Virus record (IMG/VR): IMGVR_UViG_3300031998_000320
DNA: 39,241 nucleotides
Source: a virus
Strand: one strand, 5' to 3'
In this document: one piece after another, positions 6,864 to 13,757 of the stretch
How positions within the stretch are numbered: position 1 is the first letter of the stretch
How the letters are laid out: every line of letters starts with the position of its first letter
The notes under the pieces: generated by a model
Databases searched by the model: none
What the model was told of the DNA's origin: nothing
Seen by the model: the letters and a program-made list of their open reading frames with translations, nothing else
Program-made: the position numbers and the translations under genes

Positions 6864-7496
6864 TTATTTTTTTAAACCAAATATTTTTTCAATATCTTTC
6901 CAATTTTTAAATCTCCAATACAATACTGATTTTTTAATATTTAAAATTTCAGCCCATTCGCTTATACAATGTGTTTCATTGTTATAAGTTATATTTCTAT
7001 TTGTTCTTAAATTATGACATTGTTCTCTTTGTGTTACCCATCTACAATTAGATGGTTCATAATTACCATTTGTATCAATTCTATCTATACTTAAATTATC
7101 TTTATAATTATGATTTATTGCCCAATTATAAAAATTTATAAATCCATCTTTTTTATTTGACCATTCTTCACATACTTTAATTCCACGTCCACCATATAAA
7201 TAATATTGAAAATATTTATCATTATTACATCTATTTTTCATTTTTGACCATATTTTATATATTCTTGTTTTACTTAATTTATGTTTGGTATTTGGTGCAT
7301 TGTATTTATTTATTTCTTTAGTTATACACCCACAACTTTTTGTTCTACCATTTATAACATTAAATCCTAAAAGTGATTTTATATTTCCACACTCACATTG
7401 ACATTTATAATATGTTCCTCTTTTATTTATGTTTTTATCTTCTTCTAATATAAGTAATTTACCATATTTTTTCCCTATTTGATTTTTATACTTCAT
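6864..7496 (-). CDS. Free-standing HNH-like homing-endonuclease-type protein (GRGI...IDRID.NGNYEPSNCRW family)
   Basis: Has a CQCECG...CGC zinc-ribbon-like N-terminus, then YGGRGIKVCEEW...LSIDRIDTNGNYEPSNCRWVTQREQ. Paralogue of 26740..27300, with a 39-nt identical stretch. Start taken at MKYKNQ (ATG 7494..7496, AAAGGA upstream). Confidence 0.6.
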   Translation of the reverse strand: MKYKNQIGKKYGKLLILEEDKNINKRGTYYKCQCECGNIKSLLGFNVINGRTKSCGCITKEINKYNAPNTKHKLSKTRIYKIWSKMKNRCNNDKYFQYYLYGGRGIKVCEEWSNKKDGFINFYNWAINHNYKDNLSIDRIDTNGNYEPSNCRWVTQREQCHNLRTNRNITYNNETHCISEWAEILNIKKSVLYWRFKNWKDIEKIFGLKK

Positions 7497-7515
7497 TTTA
7501 TTTTTCCTTTCTTGC

Positions 7516-7591
7516 AAAAAAACAAAAAAGTGCTTATACAGATATACTAGATCTACTGCTAGGACTGACCTAATATATCCATATAAACACT
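7516..7591 (-). terminator. Long hairpin plus U-tract (intrinsic terminator or attenuator) in front of the nuclease gene
   Basis: A 19-bp stem (7573..7591 with 7529..7547, four G-U pairs) is followed by UUUUUUGUUUUUUU. An extra 8-bp pairing GCUAGGAC/GUCCUAGC (7597..7604 with 7558..7565) reaches into the hairpin loop. Confidence 0.6.
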
Positions 7592-7610
7592 CTTTTGTCC
7601 TAGCAATTTA

Positions 7611-7639
7611 ATTATATCAAATAATTTCTTCAAAATCAA
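7611..7639 (-). promoter_or_regulatory. Extended -10 promoter inside the 3' end of the upstream gene
   Basis: Minus strand: -35 TTGATT (7634..7639), 17 bp, TGaTATAAT (-10 at 7611..7616). The 16-mer TGATATAATTAAATTG (7604..7619) recurs exactly at 32363..32378. Confidence 0.5.
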
Positions 7640-8012
7640 TGTCAGGATATTTACTTAATAACATTTTTATTTTTAATCTGTATATTTTATCTTTTCTGGT
7701 TATTTCACTTTTAACATCTTCTACAATTGTTCTGCCACTTTTAACATCTGTGTATTGAAAGTCTGCATAATATTTAGTCTTTGGATATGTTTTGCCTTTA
7801 TATTTTATTGTATCTATAAGTAAATATGGAACTTGTCTTTGTAAGTTTTGTATTACACCTAGTCTTTCTAATTGTTTTAATCCTATATATCTGTTTTTTT
7901 CTTTAATTGAATCAAACTTGATTCCATCATATTCTACTTTTTTATTATGATATTTATTTTGTTTTGTATAATTGCCTATAAATTGTCTATATTGTGATTC
8001 ACTTATTCTCAT
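7617..8012 (-). CDS. DUF1064-type nuclease-fold protein
   Basis: KYHNKKVEYDGIKFDSIKEKNRYIGLKQLERLGVIQNLQRQV...YYADFQYTD..SGRTIVEDVKS..T....YRLK matches the DUF1064 signature (K..N.K...DG..FDS..E..RY..L......I..L..Q......Y.ADF.Y......VEDVK). Start taken at MRISESQ (ATG 8010..8012); the track start is a TTG. Confidence 0.7.
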   Translation of the reverse strand: MRISESQYRQFIGNYTKQNKYHNKKVEYDGIKFDSIKEKNRYIGLKQLERLGVIQNLQRQVPYLLIDTIKYKGKTYPKTKYYADFQYTDVKSGRTIVEDVKSEITRKDKIYRLKIKMLLSKYPDIDFEEII

Positions 8013-8346
8013 TATTATTAACCTTATATTCCATACTTTCAAATTGTTCTTTTGTTACTATTGATTTAATTTGTTTTGCCAACATTTCTTCATAACCATA
8101 ATCACTAGGAATTTCATAATATAATACTTTTACATCATATTTATTTATAGAAATTTCTTCTATTCTATGCCCATTAACATAATCTCCAACTTCTATTAAA
8201 TCAATTATGTTTGGACTTGATTTAATTATTTCTTTAATTCCATAAGGTTGTTTATCAGTTGCTATTATATCTATTCCTTTATATTTACCTATTGAACCAA
8301 TTTTTGCTATTCCATATTTAGTTCTTACATAATCTTCTACTTTCAT
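7999..8346 (-). CDS. Hypothetical protein, paralogue of 1107..1442
   Basis: Shares the conserved blocks IKSSPNIIDLIEVGDYVNG and VTKEQFESMEYKV with 1107..1442. Confidence 0.6.
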   Translation of the reverse strand: MKVEDYVRTKYGIAKIGSIGKYKGIDIIATDKQPYGIKEIIKSSPNIIDLIEVGDYVNGHRIEEISINKYDVKVLYYEIPSDYGYEEMLAKQIKSIVTKEQFESMEYKVNNNENK

Positions 8347-8355
8347 AATAACCTC

Positions 8356-8676
8356 CTATAACCAATTTTTACCATATCTTTGTATAAAATCATCTATTGT
8401 TTTATCATAATATTCTAACCATCTTTTTTCTGCTTCTTTTTTTATCATCAAATCTAATTTATGCCCATTTTTACCATGTACTCCATTTGTTCCCTCGTGA
8501 TTTTCATGTGTAAGAAACACTATTAAACCATCTTCTATTGATATTTTTCTGTTTTTTGTTCCAAAAAATGCTTCATGTCTATTGCATATAAAAGGATTAT
8601 TACTAAATCTAAAATTTCTCCAATATGGTGGATTATCTGGCATTATACAAAATTCTTCTTTAGTCATTAGAATCAC
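8356..8676 (-). CDS. Hypothetical protein with a possible His-Me-finger (HNH-like) core
   Basis: The segment NRHEAFFGTKNRKISIEDGLIVFLTHENHEGTNGVHGKNGHKLD resembles a widespread phage family (H-E..G..NRK.S...GL...L....H....GVH). Function is not established. Confidence 0.35.
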   Translation of the reverse strand: MILMTKEEFCIMPDNPPYWRNFRFSNNPFICNRHEAFFGTKNRKISIEDGLIVFLTHENHEGTNGVHGKNGHKLDLMIKKEAEKRWLEYYDKTIDDFIQRYGKNWL

Positions 8677-8848
8677 CTAATATATTTAGTAAATCTCTAA
8701 TCCAACCTGGACTGATTGGCAATAATTCTTCTTCACATTCTAATACATAACTTCTTGCTTTATTTATCTTTTCTTGTAGTTCTTTATTTTCTTTTTCTAT
8801 ATCTTGATATATTCTTAATGTTTCTATTGAAATATACTCGCCTTTCAT
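8660..8848 (-). CDS. Hypothetical protein (62 aa)
   Basis: Track ORF in the co-directional array. No motif recognised. Confidence 0.45.
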   Translation of the reverse strand: MKGEYISIETLRIYQDIEKENKELQEKINKARSYVLECEEELLPISPGWIRDLLNILGDSND

Positions 8849-8850
8849 TA

Positions 8851-9231
8851 TTATTCTCCTTTGCTTTTAAGATAATCTATAACTTCATTTAATTTATCTG
8901 CTATTATTTTTTGTGGTGTTGAAATATTATATGAGTGTTCTTTCCCATATACTTTCCATTTCCAATTATTTTTAATGTTTTTTTCTTGTCTTATATCTAA
9001 TTTTTCAGGTATTTTCTTTTCTTCTTCTAAGATTTCTACTTCATCATTTAAAATATTACATATACTAAAATCAGTTGTTAATGCTATCCAATTACTACCT
9101 ACAACACTTCTATAATAATTTTTACGGTCTGTATGATAAAAATAATTATAACCATTATATATTATTTCCTTTGGTACTTCTTCTCCTTTACTAATCATAT
9201 TAAGTAAGTCAATAACTTTTATTTTATTCAT
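8851..9231 (-). CDS. Hypothetical protein (126 aa)
   Basis: Track ORF. The N-terminus MNKIKVIDLLNMISKGEE resembles the N-terminus of the upstream HNH gene. The protein ends in KGE (SD of the next gene). Confidence 0.5.
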   Translation of the reverse strand: MNKIKVIDLLNMISKGEEVPKEIIYNGYNYFYHTDRKNYYRSVVGSNWIALTTDFSICNILNDEVEILEEEKKIPEKLDIRQEKNIKNNWKWKVYGKEHSYNISTPQKIIADKLNEVIDYLKSKGE

Positions 9232-9757
9232 TTACAAACCTCCAACTATAACCACCCGTTTTATTTCTTTTACCTCTACAACAATCGCTAATATGTGAAT
9301 GATTGATATTTAATTTAGTTTCAACATCTTTTGCACTATCATATATAATACCTGTTTCTATACATTGCACTTTCTTTTTACAACTAGCACTTGCCTTCTT
9401 TATTCTATTTCCATAAGTATTGTTATATTTTATATCGCACCATTCTAAATTAGAAATATCATTATTTAAAGGATTTTCATCTTTATGATTTATAAATTTT
9501 TTGTTTTCAAAATTAAGTATAAATGTTTCTGCAACCAATCGATGAATACAAATAAATTTTCTTTTGCCATTTTTATCTCTCAACATTATTCTTGGATATC
9601 CGTTTTTATCTATTTGTTGTTTTAATATTTTCCCTTTTTGATTGCAAATTCTTCCTTGTGTACTTATAAAATAAGTATTATATGTTCCATAATCGTTTAA
9701 TTGTTTCCAATACTCATTTTCATTTGCTATTTTATTTAATAAATCTATTATTTTCAT
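9224..9757 (-). CDS. HNH homing endonuclease (NUMOD4-like / HNH_3 / C-terminal DNA-binding repeat architecture)
   Basis: YFISTQGRICN, then HRLVAETFILN....INHKDENPLNNDISNLEW, then a C-terminal IYDSAKDV...HSHISDCCRGKRNKTGGYSWRF. Confidence 0.8.
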   Translation of the reverse strand: MKIIDLLNKIANENEYWKQLNDYGTYNTYFISTQGRICNQKGKILKQQIDKNGYPRIMLRDKNGKRKFICIHRLVAETFILNFENKKFINHKDENPLNNDISNLEWCDIKYNNTYGNRIKKASASCKKKVQCIETGIIYDSAKDVETKLNINHSHISDCCRGKRNKTGGYSWRFVNE

Positions 9758-9905
9758 ATCTTTTCTCCTTTACTTTTTCTTTGTGCAAATCTACTTCTAT
9801 TGGTTCTTTGTATTGTTTTAATATATCAACTAATTCCATTAAATTTTTTATTTGTTTTTCTGTTATTTTATTTTTTTCATTTGTTATTTTTACTATATAG
9901 CTCAT
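9744..9905 (-). CDS. Small hypothetical ORF (53 aa, below track cutoff)
   Basis: Hand translation gives MSYIVKITNEKNKITEKQIKNLMELVDILKQYKEPIEVDLHKEKVKEKRYENNRFIK. Its ATG overlaps the upstream stop (ATGA at 9902..9905). Confidence 0.3.
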
Positions 9906-10132
9906 ACTAATATCCCTCTTTTTTTCATTTCATATTTTAATTTTGCTTTTTCATTTTTAAATACATAATAACCACAATTAGGACATATAAGCCATTCTCT
10001 ATTACTTTTACTATCATAAAATATTACACCATGTCCATCTCCACAATGTTCACAATATACTTTATGTTCTGTATTATATTTTAATAATTTAGCATCATAA
10101 TCATTATTTGTTATATTTCTATATTTTGCCAT
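9902..10132 (-). CDS. Small zinc-ribbon protein (76 aa)
   Basis: CEHCGDGH....CPNCGYYVF gives a CxxC...CxxC arrangement. Confidence 0.5.
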   Translation of the reverse strand: MAKYRNITNNDYDAKLLKYNTEHKVYCEHCGDGHGVIFYDSKSNREWLICPNCGYYVFKNEKAKLKYEMKKRGILV

Positions 10133-10331
10133 ATATTTCCTCCAAAACCTCTATAAGTGGTTTATCTTCTTTCCAATTTCTTACTTTTAAGAATTTTAAT
10201 AATACTTCACTTGGTATAACTCTTTTACCATTTTCATAATTAGCATAAGCAGGTGTACTAATACCTAACTTATATGCCATTTCTTTTTGTCCTAAATCAT
10301 TATTTATTCTATATTCTTTCAATATTGTCAT
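10119..10331 (-). CDS. XRE-family (Cro-like) helix-turn-helix regulator
   Basis: LKEYRINNDLGQKEMAYKLGISTPAYANYENGKRVIP is a classic XRE HTH. Start taken at MTILKEY (ATG 10329..10331, AGAGGAGAAAAAATA upstream, TAATG overlap) rather than the track start at 10412. Confidence 0.75.
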   Translation of the reverse strand: MTILKEYRINNDLGQKEMAYKLGISTPAYANYENGKRVIPSEVLLKFLKVRNWKEDKPLIEVLEEIYGKI

Positions 10332-10513
10332 TATTTTTTCTCCTCTCTGTATTTGTACCCATCTTCTATCAAACCATAAATACTTATATATAATCTTTCT
10401 ATATCTTCCCATTTTTCAGCTTCTTTGTTTCTATCTGCTTCTAAATATTCCATTTTCTTTTTATTTGCATTTTCTATTGCCCTTGATATAACATTTTCTT
10501 CAATAGTTTTCAT
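10331..10513 (-). CDS. Hypothetical protein (60 aa)
   Basis: Track ORF with a strong SD (TAGGAGGT) 5 nt upstream of the ATG. Confidence 0.5.
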   Translation of the reverse strand: MKTIEENVISRAIENANKKKMEYLEADRNKEAEKWEDIERLYISIYGLIEDGYKYREEKK

Positions 10514-10617
10514 AACATACCTCCTAAACTTATTTTTATGCCTTTTTTAGCTTTGTTTTTGTCTTTCTTGATAATTTATACTATCTTGCCAAAAAATGTC
10601 TTAAAATGCCTTTAAAA

Positions 10618-10812
10618 CTATTTTTTTAATTCTGTTATTTGCTGATTTAATTCATCTATTTTTTCATATAAATTTTCTAATTCATAATTCATATCATTCA
10701 TTAATTTTAATATTTCATCTATTGAAATTAAATCTTTATCAAAATAATTTGCTATACTTTTAGTTAAAATATTTTCAGTTAAATCTTCTTTTTTTATAAA
10801 TACATTATTCAT
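10618..10812 (-). CDS. Hypothetical acidic coiled-coil protein (64 aa)
   Basis: Track ORF with SD AGGAGGT upstream. D/E-rich. Confidence 0.5.
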   Translation of the reverse strand: MNNVFIKKEDLTENILTKSIANYFDKDLISIDEILKLMNDMNYELENLYEKIDELNQQITELKK

Positions 10813-10821
10813 ATTTACCTC

Positions 10822-10986
10822 CTATTTTAAATCTTTTTTTGTTATATCTTCTACTATTTCATCTTCTGGTTTAAAGTCTTTTGTTTCTTCTTTCATCTGA
10901 TATTCATAAAAACTTAAACCTCTATTTATTATTCTATAACAGCATATTATTAATAATGCTAATACTAAAAATTCTCCAACACCCAT
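10822..10986 (-). CDS. Small membrane protein (54 aa, below track cutoff)
   Basis: Hand translation gives MGVGEFLVLALLIICCYRIINRGLSFYEYQMKEETKDFKPEDEIVEDITKKDLK. There is an AGGAGG SD upstream and one N-terminal hydrophobic helix. Confidence 0.45.
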   Translation of the reverse strand: MGVGEFLVLALLIICCYRIINRGLSFYEYQMKEETKDFKPEDEIVEDITKKDLK

Positions 10987-11000
10987 TTTATTCTCCTCCT

Positions 11001-11309
11001 TTAAAAATCACTTCTACTTACTCCATAATAGGAATAAGTATCACTTTTATAAGAATCATAGTCTTTTTCAATATCTCTAACTACTTCACTTTCACATCTA
11101 ATGAAATCGTCAAATGCCTCATTAAAATATTCATCATCTTCTAAATACAAATCTGCATAAACTAATTCGTTTTCTAATTTCTCTATGTTAGTATTATCAC
11201 TACCTAACATTTCTTGTAGTATTTCTAAATATACTTTTGGTTTTGTCTTTTTGAACTCTCTTAATATTTCATCTTTATAAAATTCTTTATAAAATTCTGT
11301 ATCAATCAT
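11001..11309 (-). CDS. Strongly acidic early protein (102 aa), function unknown
   Basis: By hand count it has 28 D/E against 12 K/R. It is the second ORF after the early promoter. Confidence 0.55.
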   Translation of the reverse strand: MIDTEFYKEFYKDEILREFKKTKPKVYLEILQEMLGSDNTNIEKLENELVYADLYLEDDEYFNEAFDDFIRCESEVVRDIEKDYDSYKSDTYSYYGVSRSDF

Positions 11310-11318
11310 ATTTTCCTC

Positions 11319-11480
11319 CTATTTATCTCTTTCACATTCGCATACTACTATCATTTCTCCATTGTTGATTTTTTCTATTCTGTTTAAATATAATATCGTG
11401 CCTATTATTACTACTGCAAATATTAATATTACATATAGTAATGTTTTTCCTTTTTCGTTTAATTTATAGTGTTTTTTCAT
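11319..11480 (-). CDS. Small membrane protein (53 aa, below track cutoff), first ORF of the early operon
   Basis: Hand translation gives MKKHYKLNEKGKTLLYVILIFAVVIIGTILYLNRIEKINNGEMIVVCECERDK. SD GGAGGT lies upstream of the ATG at 11478..11480. Confidence 0.45.
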   Translation of the reverse strand: MKKHYKLNEKGKTLLYVILIFAVVIIGTILYLNRIEKINNGEMIVVCECERDK

Positions 11481-11504
11481 TTCTTTTACCTCCTTACATA
11501 TATA

Positions 11505-11544
11505 ATAATACTATACATTTGTATAAAAGTCAATACATTTGTAT
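11505..11544 (-). promoter_or_regulatory. Early promoter with two palindromic operator-like sites
   Basis: Minus strand: -35 TTGACT (11528..11533), 17 bp, -10 TATTAT (11505..11510). ATACA-TT-TGTAT occurs at 11513..11524 (in the spacer) and 11533..11544 (over the -35), exactly 20 bp apart. Confidence 0.65.
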
Positions 11545-11549
11545 AAAAA

Positions 11550-11587
11550 AATTAAAAAAATAAAAAAGTGTAAAGTTACTTACACTT
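11550..11587 (-). terminator. Intrinsic terminator closing the late/lysis operon
   Basis: 8-bp stem AAGUGUAA/UUACACUU (11566..11573 with 11580..11587), 6-nt loop, then a long U-rich run on the minus strand (11550..11565). Confidence 0.7.
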
Positions 11588-11878
11588 TCTTTTTATTTTA
11601 TGCTTACTTTTTATATCAATTATTTCTTTCTTTAATTCCATACAAGACATTTGCTTAAGTTTTTTTGTTTTATATTCTTTTATATATTGTAGATATTCAT
11701 CTCTTGTTTTTATTGATTTGTATATTTCGTCCATATCTTGTTCTCTATCATAATGAATAATTAGAAATCTTGTTCCAAATCTTCCATGAAAATATGTACT
11801 CATTGTTGTTATTATATCATATTCATCTTCACTTTTATCTATTAATGTATGGACATCATAATCATATAACTTATACAT
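11576..11878 (-). CDS. Hypothetical protein (100 aa) downstream of the endolysin
   Basis: Track ORF and last gene before the terminator. No motif recognised. Confidence 0.5.
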   Translation of the reverse strand: MYKLYDYDVHTLIDKSEDEYDIITTMSTYFHGRFGTRFLIIHYDREQDMDEIYKSIKTRDEYLQYIKEYKTKKLKQMSCMELKKEIIDIKSKHKIKRKCK

Positions 11879-11887
11879 AAATATCTC

Positions 11888-12805
11888 CTATCTTACTATT
11901 GAATTTTTATCACAATATACTATATTTGGTCTAAATGTTTCTCCATAGATTTTATATCTACCATTTACTTCTCCCTCAACAGTTACTTTTCTATCTGCTT
12001 GACAACTAGATGGATAACGATTACCATTTACATCATATAAAGCACTACCTTTTTTAATTATTGCAGGGAATGGATAACCACTACCTTTTTTAGTTACATT
12101 TGATTTATCTGTATATACTATACTTGGTTTAAATGAACTACAATATACTTTATACTTACCACTAACTTTGTCAGTTCCTTCACCTTGTACAGTACAATCT
12201 CTATTTGCTTTGCAATCACTTGGATATTTATAACCTTCTTCATTATATAATTTTGCACCTTGTTTTATGATACCTTCAAATGGATAATCTGTTGGCTGTG
12301 GATCATCTTCTGGTTTAGGATTTGCTGGATTTACTATACAACCTAAATAAGGATAATTTGAATTTGTTCCCCATCTTCCATTATTATTATCTCTAGTATA
12401 ATTAGCAAAATCAAAATGATTATAACCTGATTCACTTGTTAAAACTGTGTTGCTATCTATTACTTTTTCTACTACAGCAACGTGTCCTGCTAATGAACCT
12501 TTACCTTCCCATACCATGATACCACCATTTGTTGGTTCTTGTCTTACTTCAAGTCCTAATTCTTTAGCTTTATTATAAAATTTTTCAGCATTACAACAAA
12601 GTTGTGGGTATTTCATACCTTCATATCCTGTTTCTATTGAATAGATTTCGTTAAATCTACCACAAGCCCATCCTACACAGTTACATAATACATTTAATCC
12701 ATCTACAGTAGGTACTCCTGTTATACACCAAGAATAACCACCATTATCACCATTGTTATAAAATTTATTACCTTTATTAGGCAATGTTTTCTGTATCTTG
12801 TACAT
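11888..12805 (-). CDS. Endolysin: CHAP/papain-like catalytic domain plus two SH3-like cell-wall-binding repeats
   Basis: Candidate nucleophile in NCVGWACGRF and histidine in GHVAVVEKV. Two tandem repeats of about 60 aa follow (YPFEGIIKQGAKLY...KPSIVYTDKS and YPFPAIIKKGSALY...RPNIVYCDKN). Start taken at MYKIQ (ATG 12803..12805, GAAGGAGGAG upstream). Confidence 0.8.
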   Translation of the reverse strand: MYKIQKTLPNKGNKFYNNGDNGGYSWCITGVPTVDGLNVLCNCVGWACGRFNEIYSIETGYEGMKYPQLCCNAEKFYNKAKELGLEVRQEPTNGGIMVWEGKGSLAGHVAVVEKVIDSNTVLTSESGYNHFDFANYTRDNNNGRWGTNSNYPYLGCIVNPANPKPEDDPQPTDYPFEGIIKQGAKLYNEEGYKYPSDCKANRDCTVQGEGTDKVSGKYKVYCSSFKPSIVYTDKSNVTKKGSGYPFPAIIKKGSALYDVNGNRYPSSCQADRKVTVEGEVNGRYKIYGETFRPNIVYCDKNSIVR

Positions 12806-12887
12806 CAATATCTCCTCCTTCAACTAATACTTCGTTTACATCAAATTCATTAAAAGTTGTTTGTATTTCTTCCATAATTTCATCTCC

Positions 12888-13016
12888 TTATCTTTTTAAT
12901 ACTTTTTGTTTAAAATTAACATTATCTTTCACTTGTGGAAATCTTTTTGTTATTTCAATACACAACTTGTTATACTTTAATATTAACAGCTCTATATTAT
13001 TATCAAGTTCTGACAT
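12888..13016 (-). CDS. Small ORF between holin and endolysin (42 aa, below track cutoff)
   Basis: Hand translation gives MSELDNNIELLILKYNKLCIEITKRFPQVKDNVNFKQKVLKR. A second 32-aa ORF (12777..12875) with a good SD follows it. Confidence 0.3.
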   Translation of the reverse strand: MSELDNNIELLILKYNKLCIEITKRFPQVKDNVNFKQKVLKR

Positions 13017-13065
13017 ATCATGTAATATCTCTGTTGTAGGTTTTTTACTTAAATCTTCTTCTATA

Positions 13066-13287
13066 TTAGTTACCTTTTTCTATAGTTTTATTGTAATTCT
13101 TTGTTGATATTCCTAAAAGAACACCTAACAATGTATCAAATGCCATTATAGTACCTGCTATTTGTGTTCCATAAGGAATGTTCCATATTTCAAATACTGC
13201 CACTATAAAGGTTGCTATTGCAGGTAAATAATACATAGCTACTTTTTTCCAAAAATCGTAAGTTTCATTTTTAAGTGTAAAATTCAC
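13066..13287 (-). CDS. Holin (Dp-1-type family)
   Basis: 73 aa. WKKVAMYYLPAIATFIVAVFEIWNIPYGTQIAGTIMAFDTLLGVLLGIS matches the LPA......IW.(I/L)PY...I.GT......LG.LLG.S pattern, and it sits just upstream of the endolysin. Confidence 0.7.
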   Translation of the reverse strand: MNFTLKNETYDFWKKVAMYYLPAIATFIVAVFEIWNIPYGTQIAGTIMAFDTLLGVLLGISTKNYNKTIEKGN

Positions 13288-13298
13288 ATTCTCACCTC

Positions 13299-13748
13299 CT
13301 AATTAAATATTCCTGTTTTATAACCTACTATATATTGTGGAATTAATCTTCCATTTGAATTTGAACCATTTAAAGTAGCATTTTGTACTGATAATTTAGT
13401 ATCATTTGTATAATTTATCCATCTTACTATTGCCTCGGCAGCAGAACCACCCCACGAAACAAGTTGTAATCTTACACCTTTACCTTTTATAGATTTCATA
13501 GATGTATAAGGGTCAGATGCTCCTGTACCTGATGTAAAAAACACTTCATATACATCATAATCACTACTAGACAAATTAATATCTTGTGCTGCAAAATTAC
13601 TTGTAGGATTTTCATTAGTCCATAATATAGTTCCACCAAAGGCTTTATTAGTATAATCACAACTGTAAGCATTTTCTGTACTTGTACTATATGTATTTAC
13701 TACTTCTGCTTGTACTGGTGTTGTTTGGCTTGTTTTCTTTATTCTCAT
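13299..13748 (-). CDS. Putative tail-tip/receptor-binding accessory protein (149 aa)
   Basis: Position after the tail fibre genes, S/T/N/G-rich beta-type composition. No specific motif. Confidence 0.4.
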   Translation of the reverse strand: MRIKKTSQTTPVQAEVVNTYSTSTENAYSCDYTNKAFGGTILWTNENPTSNFAAQDINLSSSDYDVYEVFFTSGTGASDPYTSMKSIKGKGVRLQLVSWGGSAAEAIVRWINYTNDTKLSVQNATLNGSNSNGRLIPQYIVGYKTGIFN

Positions 13749-13757
13749 AATTTCCTC

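Noticed and set aside
10332-10412. N-terminal extensions of several track ORFs (10119..10412, 1797..3350, 4224..4994, 6864..7517, 7617..8042, 11888..12823, 25653..26693, 26740..27318, 32381..32956, 38061..38312).
   Set aside because: The extensions start at GTG or TTG, or at ATGs without an SD, and they overlap the upstream gene. Internal ATGs preceded by GGAGG-like sites 5-10 nt upstream coincide with the beginning of the conserved protein sequence, so the shorter coordinates were used.
10514-10617. Additional early promoter in the 104-nt gap upstream of 10331..10513.
   Set aside because: Only weak hexamers with poor spacing could be drawn (TTAAGA-18-TATAAA). A repeated AAGGCAT motif is present, but I could not support a promoter or operator call from sequence alone.
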